22,148 bases of DNA, taken from the NCBI GenBank assembly GCA_046758365.1, contig JBHIAC010000039.1, positions 1-22,148 on the forward strand, written 5' to 3'. Under the pieces are notes generated by a model that did not search any database, was not told where the DNA came from, and was given only the letters and a program-made list of their open reading frames with translations. This stretch comes from a bacterium. GTDB lineage: Bacteria > Zhuqueibacterota > Zhuqueibacteria > Oceanimicrobiales > Oceanimicrobiaceae. The translations under genes were made by a program, and so were the position numbers. Numbering within the stretch: the stretch's first letter is position 1; each line of letters starts with the position of its first letter. Of the stretch, positions 16,508-22,148 are shown piece after piece.

Positions 16508-17710
16508 ATGATTGAACCAAAAACATTCTACCGAAATCTCGACTATCTATTAAAAAAAATAAGAAAGAAGAAAAGCAGCAAGTATTTTCTCTATTCTATA
16601 CTGCAAGAATTGGTAAAAACGTTTGGGGATGATTTACACTTTAGTAATGTTCGTCTCTATGAAGAAAGAGGCGAAGAGTTTGTATTAATCAGGTCATCCA
16701 AAGTTACAAATTTCCCGAAAGCTACAGAAAAAATTTCAGCCAAATCTAAAGCCGTACAAGAGGTTTTAAATCACGGCAGTTATATTTATGATAAGCATGA
16801 TCTCAGTATTGATCCAGAAATTAGCAGTCAGAACTATTACGCGATTCCGGCAGCGTTTACAGTACATAGCCCAGAGCAGCGCTGGATTGTTTTGGTTGAA
16901 TTAAAAAGCGGCTGGGCTCGAGAGGAATTTTCCTTTTGTATGAATGCCGTCAGGACTGCACTTAATTATCGATTGTATTCAGAGGCCATTGAAACTGATT
17001 TAGAGCAAGCGGCTCATATTCAACAAAGTCTTCTACCCGGGATCACCCCACAAATTCCCGGTTATCAAATATCTGGGCGATCCCAACCAGCAGAACTCGT
17101 CGGGGGTGATTTGTTTGACTACTTTGAATTTGATGATGATATTTTCGGTGTTAGTGTTGGAGACGCCAGTGGCCATGGCTTACCAGCAGCCCTTTTGGTT
17201 CGTGATGTGGTTATTGGACTGCGAATGGGTCTGGAAAAACATATGAAAATGGTACATACTTTTCAGAAATTGAATCATGTCATTTACCGCAGCACATTTT
17301 CCTCCTGCTTCGTTTCGCTTTTTTATGGTGAAATTGAAAGAGATGGACATCTTATCTATATCAATGCTGGACATCCCGCACCCCTGTTAATCAGTGGAGA
17401 TAAGGTGCAGGAATTGAAAGCCACGGGCCTCATCCTCGGTGCATTACCTGAAATAACTTTGCACCGTTCTTACGCGCATATTGAACCAAATTCGGTGTTA
17501 GTACTGTATAGTGACGGGATTTTTGAAAGAGAAAACCAAAATGAAGAAACCTACAGTATTGAGCATCTTAAAAATCTCGTGGTTCAAAATCAACATAAAA
17601 ATGCACAAGAGATCCAGAATTTGATATTTGAAGATGTTTTTGAATTTGGTAATCGTAGCAAGTGGGAGGATGACAGTACCCTGGTTGTAATTAAGCGAGT
17701 TGGTGATTAG
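16508..17710 (+). CDS. PP2C/SpoIIE-family (RsbU-like) Ser phosphatase with an N-terminal GAF-like region
   Basis: IQQSLLP, VGGDLFD, GDASGHGLPAA, YINAGH, LYSDG and DDST. Confidence 0.92.
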   Translation: MIEPKTFYRNLDYLLKKIRKKKSSKYFLYSILQELVKTFGDDLHFSNVRLYEERGEEFVLIRSSKVTNFPKATEKISAKSKAVQEVLNHGSYIYDKHDLSIDPEISSQNYYAIPAAFTVHSPEQRWIVLVELKSGWAREEFSFCMNAVRTALNYRLYSEAIETDLEQAAHIQQSLLPGITPQIPGYQISGRSQPAELVGGDLFDYFEFDDDIFGVSVGDASGHGLPAALLVRDVVIGLRMGLEKHMKMVHTFQKLNHVIYRSTFSSCFVSLFYGEIERDGHLIYINAGHPAPLLISGDKVQELKATGLILGALPEITLHRSYAHIEPNSVLVLYSDGIFERENQNEETYSIEHLKNLVVQNQHKNAQEIQNLIFEDVFEFGNRSKWEDDSTLVVIKRVGD

Positions 17711-17758
17711 TTCCTAAATTGAGCGATACTGCCTAAAATTGTTTTACAAACGGGTTCA

Positions 17759-17878
17759 GGCGTAGAGAACGTTGGGTGTCCACGCTTTAGCGTGGTATTT
17801 ACGCCTACCATTGCAAACTAAAGCTTGAACACCGAACTTCCCCCCCGGGATGATATCCAAACCTGTCTATCCTACGCC
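17759..17878. repeat. REP-like inverted doublet
   Basis: gttgggtgtccacgctttagcgtg (17771-17794) matches the reverse complement of 17814-17837, gttcggtgttcaagctttagtttg (19/24). Outer ggcgtag/ctacgcc inverted ends. Confidence 0.75.
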
Positions 17879-18006
17879 AGTGCCATTCTGTTAAAACTTT
17901 TGCTAATTTCGCTCTATGGAATATTTTAACCATCCTAAAGGTTACATAAAGGTTGAACAATTTCTAGACACTGCAAAATGAAATCTGGAAAGGTTTAATT
18001 TAGTTT

Positions 18007-20193
18007 ATGGCACAAATAAATCAGTCTACTGTGCAATTCGTTAGCCGACTCTTTGAAAAGAAATTCGATCCTGCTATTGTCAAGCTTCCCCAGGTTAATT
18101 ACAAAAATGAGAGTAATATCCCTGGCTTGTATATTATTGGAGAGGTGAGCGGTACACCTTTAATCAAATTGGGTTTAAATCAGGGAAACCGCTTAATCAA
18201 TAATCTATTTGAAAATAAGCCATCTCTAAAGTTACCAGATGACGTGTATGATGTTTTAATTGTCGGAGCCGGAGCTTCTGGTTTAGGGGCGGCTAATCGT
18301 GCTCAGGAATTAGGGGTAAAATATATCGTTATTGAGCAAGCCAAACCCGCCAATTTAATCCGATCTTTTACCAAAGGCAAACCCCTTTTCATGGAGCCTC
18401 TGGATGTGCCCCTGGAATCCTCACTCTGGTGTGAAGAGTCTTCTAAAGAAGAGTTGCTGGAAGTTTGGGACCGGGAAATTGCCGAACGGAGACTGAAAAT
18501 TAATAGCTATGAAACGGTCACGGATATAAAAAAATTAAACGATTATTTTGTTGTAACCACCTCAAAGGGAGTTTACAAAGCTAAATATGTAATTCTTGCC
18601 ATTGGAAAAGCTGGAAATCCCCGCAAGGCTGATGTGTCCGGTGAGATAGAATACGCCGACAAAGTGGCTCACTTTCTGTCAGACCCGGATGAGTTTAACC
18701 AGAATGATATTTTAATCTACGGCGCTGGGGATGTCGCTGCTGAAGCAGCCATTGTCTTAGCATCCCATAACCGGGTCACTATGGCCACCATTGATCCCGA
18801 ATTCATTTTCCCCAAAAAACGCAATGTCGATAAATTGCGCGCATTAGAAAAAGAAGGGAAATTAACCATTCATTTCAATTCTCACTTGAAAGAAATCGGC
18901 AGAGATTATGTAAAGTTTGAAAAGGATAAGGAAATCATAAAACTCAAAAACCACCAAATTTTTGAGATGATCGGTGCCGAACTGCCCATTAAATTTTTCA
19001 ATAAGGTTGGCATTAAATTAGAAGGTGCCTGGGATAGGAAAAAATATCTGGGAATCGCTGCCATGTTTTTGCTTGTTTACTTCATCTATGCGGTGAAGGC
19101 ACCTTGGTGGCCCTTTAACCAAGCTTGGTTTGTGGATCCTACTACAGGAAATTCCTTAAATTGGAAAGACTTCCTAACCTTCAATTGGAAAGTATTCGGA
19201 TTCACTAAGCATGTTTCACCCAGTTTCTGGTACGCGAGTCTTTACACCCTGTTTATGACCTATTTTGGCTTCAAAGCCTACGTCCGTTGGGGAATAAATT
19301 ATAAAGACAGCTACCAGAAGAAAAGGTATCTTACACTTATTACCACCCAATGGACTTTGGGATTTCTCGTTCCTGAATTTATCATGTGGTACATTCACCA
19401 CAAAGCAGGTAACAACATCATTTTAGGGAATCCCGATTATTCCTGGAAAGCCTACGGTCTTGAATACTTTTGGCCGCTGCAGTTCCATCAATTTTTCTAC
19501 GATATTAGTTTATTCTATATTATTTGGGGCTTAATTACTACGTTTGTGGTGATTCCTATTCTTTCTATTCACCATGGTAAGCGCTACTGCACCTGGTTCT
19601 GTGGTTGTGGCGGTTTGGCGGAAACCTGGGGGGATCAGTGGCGACACAAAGCACCCAAAGGTCGCCGTGCCAAAGCCTGGGAATGGATGAATGTGGCCGT
19701 GTTGGTTTGGGCTTTTGTCGCCACGGTCTTAGTTGGCGGCAGCATGTTATTTGGAAAACTGTTGTATAACGACATTTACTATTGGTTTGGATTTTTATCA
19801 CAGGTTGGCGAAAAATCCCGCCACTGGTATGCGTATATTGCCGATTTCTGGCTCGTCGGAGTAATACCGGTGACCTTGTATCCCTTCTATGGCGGTAAGA
19901 TTTGGTGCCGCTACTGGTGCCCGTTAGCCAAATGGATGGAATTCTGGAGTCACCGAATTGGCAAATTAAAAATCTCCAGCAACGAGAAATGCATCACCTG
20001 CGGCGAATGTTCGCGCTATTGCGAAGTCGGCATCGATGTGATGAGCTTTGCTAAAAATGAAGAAGACTTCTCCAACAAAAATACCTCGTGTATCCAGTGT
20101 GGTATTTGTATTACCGTTTGTCCAATGGATGTGCTTTCTTTTCAAACAAATGGTAATATTAAGTTGAATGGCGAGGTTATTAAAAGAAGTTAA
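18007..20193 (+). CDS. TrxB-fold FAD/NAD(P)-dependent oxidoreductase fused to a multi-TM 4Fe-4S (NapH/FixG-like) domain
   Basis: VGAGASG (FAD) and YGAGDVA (NAD(P)). Several hydrophobic helices follow, then CTWFCGC, CRYWCP and two ferredoxin motifs, CITCGECSRYC and CIQCGICITVCP. Confidence 0.88.
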   Translation: MAQINQSTVQFVSRLFEKKFDPAIVKLPQVNYKNESNIPGLYIIGEVSGTPLIKLGLNQGNRLINNLFENKPSLKLPDDVYDVLIVGAGASGLGAANRAQELGVKYIVIEQAKPANLIRSFTKGKPLFMEPLDVPLESSLWCEESSKEELLEVWDREIAERRLKINSYETVTDIKKLNDYFVVTTSKGVYKAKYVILAIGKAGNPRKADVSGEIEYADKVAHFLSDPDEFNQNDILIYGAGDVAAEAAIVLASHNRVTMATIDPEFIFPKKRNVDKLRALEKEGKLTIHFNSHLKEIGRDYVKFEKDKEIIKLKNHQIFEMIGAELPIKFFNKVGIKLEGAWDRKKYLGIAAMFLLVYFIYAVKAPWWPFNQAWFVDPTTGNSLNWKDFLTFNWKVFGFTKHVSPSFWYASLYTLFMTYFGFKAYVRWGINYKDSYQKKRYLTLITTQWTLGFLVPEFIMWYIHHKAGNNIILGNPDYSWKAYGLEYFWPLQFHQFFYDISLFYIIWGLITTFVVIPILSIHHGKRYCTWFCGCGGLAETWGDQWRHKAPKGRRAKAWEWMNVAVLVWAFVATVLVGGSMLFGKLLYNDIYYWFGFLSQVGEKSRHWYAYIADFWLVGVIPVTLYPFYGGKIWCRYWCPLAKWMEFWSHRIGKLKISSNEKCITCGECSRYCEVGIDVMSFAKNEEDFSNKNTSCIQCGICITVCPMDVLSFQTNGNIKLNGEVIKRS

Positions 20194-20408
20194 GCCATTT
20201 AAAGTATATGCGCCGGGTCCACCAGCTTTTCCCAGGCGATGGATCAAATCAGTAATCGCCTAAGAAAACTTTTTATACATCCAACAATAATAAAACAGGA
20301 ATAAATGTAAGCAGGATTAAGGTTTTCATTACTACATTCCTAAAATGAACGGGTATAAATCTGTTTATTTTGGTTTATTGCCAATATTTATTCTACCCGG
20401 TGAATTGT

Positions 20409-20516
20409 AGACTTCTGCAAAATAGGGTGTACAACCTTTAGGTTGAGATTGTCATAGGCAAGCTGAAGCCTGTACACCCATTTTGAGCATACTTTAAATT
20501 AATTTTGTAGAAGTCT
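20409..20516. mobile_element. MITE-like element (15-bp TIR) enclosing a REP-like doublet
   Basis: agacttctgcaaaat (20409-20423) matches the reverse complement of 20502-20516, agacttctacaaaat (14/15). The inner gggtgtacaacctttaggttg (20425-20445) is inverted against 20459-20479 (17/21). Confidence 0.75.
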
Positions 20517-20545
20517 GGGTGCATAGAAGAAAGGAGGTAATAATC

Positions 20546-21943
20546 ATGACAACATCCACAGAGCATTACAACGCCATAATAATCGGTGCAGGTCAAGGAG
20601 GTGGACCGCTCTCAACTACCTTGGCACAAGCGGGCTGGAAGGCGGCGCTCATCGAGCGAAAACATGTAGGGGGTACTTGCGTGAATGAAGGCTGTACACC
20701 AACCAAAACCATGGTGGCCAGTGCCCGCATTGCCTATCTCGCTCGCCGGGCGGCAGATTATGGCGTCCACACTGGCTCTATAACCGTGGAGATGGCCAAA
20801 GTTAGACAACGCAAGCGCGATATTGTAGATATGTTTCGCAATGGCAGCCAACGTGGCATAGAAAATACCGAAGGCGTTGACCTGCTGATGGGGGAAGCCA
20901 GTTTTACCAGCCCCAAATCGCTTGAGGTCCTCTTGAATAATGGTGAGAAACGTCAGCTCTCTGCGGATAAAATTTTCATCAACACCGGGGCTCGGCCAGC
21001 AAAACCGACGGTGGATGGTATAGATACCATTCCGACGCTCGATTCGACTTCGATCATGGAACTGGATACCATACCCGAGCATCTTTTGGTACTGGGAGGC
21101 GGATATATAGGACTGGAATTTGGACAGATGTTCCGCCGATTTGGCAGCGAGGTTACCATTGTACAACGAAGAAATCAGTTATTGACGAGAGAAGATTCTG
21201 ATGTAGCAGAAGAGGTTGCCAAGATATTGCGTGAGGACGGTTTAGAGATCTTACTGGAGACAGAAGCACTTCGGGTGAAACAATCAAATAACGCTACCCT
21301 TCATTTAATCGTGCGTACCCCACAAGGAGAGCGTACTCTCACTGGCTCACATTTACTCATAGCAGCCGGGCGAGTACCCAACACGGACCGGCTCAATTTG
21401 TCCACCGCGGGGATTGCTATCGACAAACGCGGCTTTGTACAAGTAAACGAGTATCTAGAAACGAACATTGAAGGAATTTATGCTATTGGTGATGTTAAAG
21501 GAGGCCCAGCCTTCACTCACATATCTTATGACGATTTCCGCATTTTACGCACAAATCTTCTGGAAGGCGGTAAAGCGACCGCGAATGATCGCCTCGTACC
21601 CTACACCGTTTTTATTGATCCGCAGTTAGGTCGGGTGGGAATGAGTGAGACAGAAGCCCGAAACAAGGGTTATAATATTCGTGTAGCCAAATTGCCTATG
21701 ACTCACGTAGCCCGTGCGTTGGAAGTGGACGAGACCCGAGGATTTATGAAAGCAGTGGTGGACGCTGATACTAGCCAAATTCTTGGTTGCGCTGTCCTGG
21801 GCATCGAAGGTGGCGAAGTGATGGCGGTATTGCAGATGGCGATGATAGGAAAGGTCCCTTATACCACCATAAAAGATGGCGTGTTCGCTCACCCAACTTT
21901 GGCAGAATCGTTAAACAATTTGTTTATGGCAATGGATATGTGA
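20546..21943 (+). CDS. Class I pyridine nucleotide-disulfide oxidoreductase (MerA-like/RclA-like)
   Basis: [20 protein letters not shown] (redox disulfide), [14 protein letters not shown] and HPTLAE. The start was reassigned to ATG 20546, which follows AGGAGGT. Confidence 0.92.
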   Translation: MTTSTEHYNAIIIGAGQGGGPLSTTLAQAGWKAALIERKHVGGTCVNEGCTPTKTMVASARIAYLARRAADYGVHTGSITVEMAKVRQRKRDIVDMFRNGSQRGIENTEGVDLLMGEASFTSPKSLEVLLNNGEKRQLSADKIFINTGARPAKPTVDGIDTIPTLDSTSIMELDTIPEHLLVLGGGYIGLEFGQMFRRFGSEVTIVQRRNQLLTREDSDVAEEVAKILREDGLEILLETEALRVKQSNNATLHLIVRTPQGERTLTGSHLLIAAGRVPNTDRLNLSTAGIAIDKRGFVQVNEYLETNIEGIYAIGDVKGGPAFTHISYDDFRILRTNLLEGGKATANDRLVPYTVFIDPQLGRVGMSETEARNKGYNIRVAKLPMTHVARALEVDETRGFMKAVVDADTSQILGCAVLGIEGGEVMAVLQMAMIGKVPYTTIKDGVFAHPTLAESLNNLFMAMDM

Positions 21944-21981
21944 TACATGTTTCAAAGAGCTTGGTCGTTATTATCTATTTC

Positions 21982-22000
21982 ACCCAGCGCGGTTAAGCCG
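21982..22000 (+). repeat. Second copy of the conserved end of the 5986 element
   Basis: acccagcgcggttaagccg versus acccagcgcggcgaagccg (17/19). Confidence 0.65.
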
Positions 22001-22148
22001 TATGTAAGATTAAGACAAGGATTACAAGTCCTAATAAAACCTAACGGATAGATACTACCAACAGATAAAAGCCCATCTCTGATTGTACGAATTGGTTACC
22101 TGTACAGTGCAATGAGATGCCTTTGGACGATGTGGTATTGGTAGATTT

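Noticed and set aside
20612..21166. 184-aa antisense ORF and the other short ORFs overlapping long genes (e.g. 10325..10792, 4942..5253, 8779..9099)
   Set aside because: They are shadow frames of well-supported genes and have no recognisable motifs.
22001..22148. Partial CDS at the right edge
   Set aside because: The frames I translated gave only short stretches with no recognisable protein pattern.

Overview
Bacterial chromosomal window with AT-rich intergenic DNA. The housekeeping-type genes encode a partial TPR/beta-sandwich protein, a deoxyhypusine-synthase-like homospermidine synthase, a lipoprotein, a class V aminotransferase, two tandem B12-binding radical SAM enzymes, an AgcS-type Na+/alanine symporter, an NADPH-dependent FMN reductase, an RsbU/PP2C phosphatase, a flavoprotein-membrane-ferredoxin fusion and a MerA/RclA-like disulfide oxidoreductase. 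Two accessory patches interrupt them. The first (about 2.7-3.9 kb) is a cluster of gene fragments, including a ThaI-family restriction endonuclease cut at its active site, next to a GC-rich multi-hairpin element. The second (about 11.8-15.75 kb) is bracketed by an imperfect direct repeat. It holds an MNT-HEPN pair with a truncated HEPN gene, followed by a two-gene cassette: an unknown 158-aa helical protein and a 721-aa fusion of an HExxH gluzincin-like metallopeptidase domain to a dUTPase-fold dCTP deaminase (Dcd) domain with altered nucleotide-binding residues. This cassette is the best candidate for an undescribed system, possibly anti-phage. Several intergenic spaces carry MITE-, REP- and short-tandem-repeat elements. 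All family calls are from motif recognition by eye; no database search was run.
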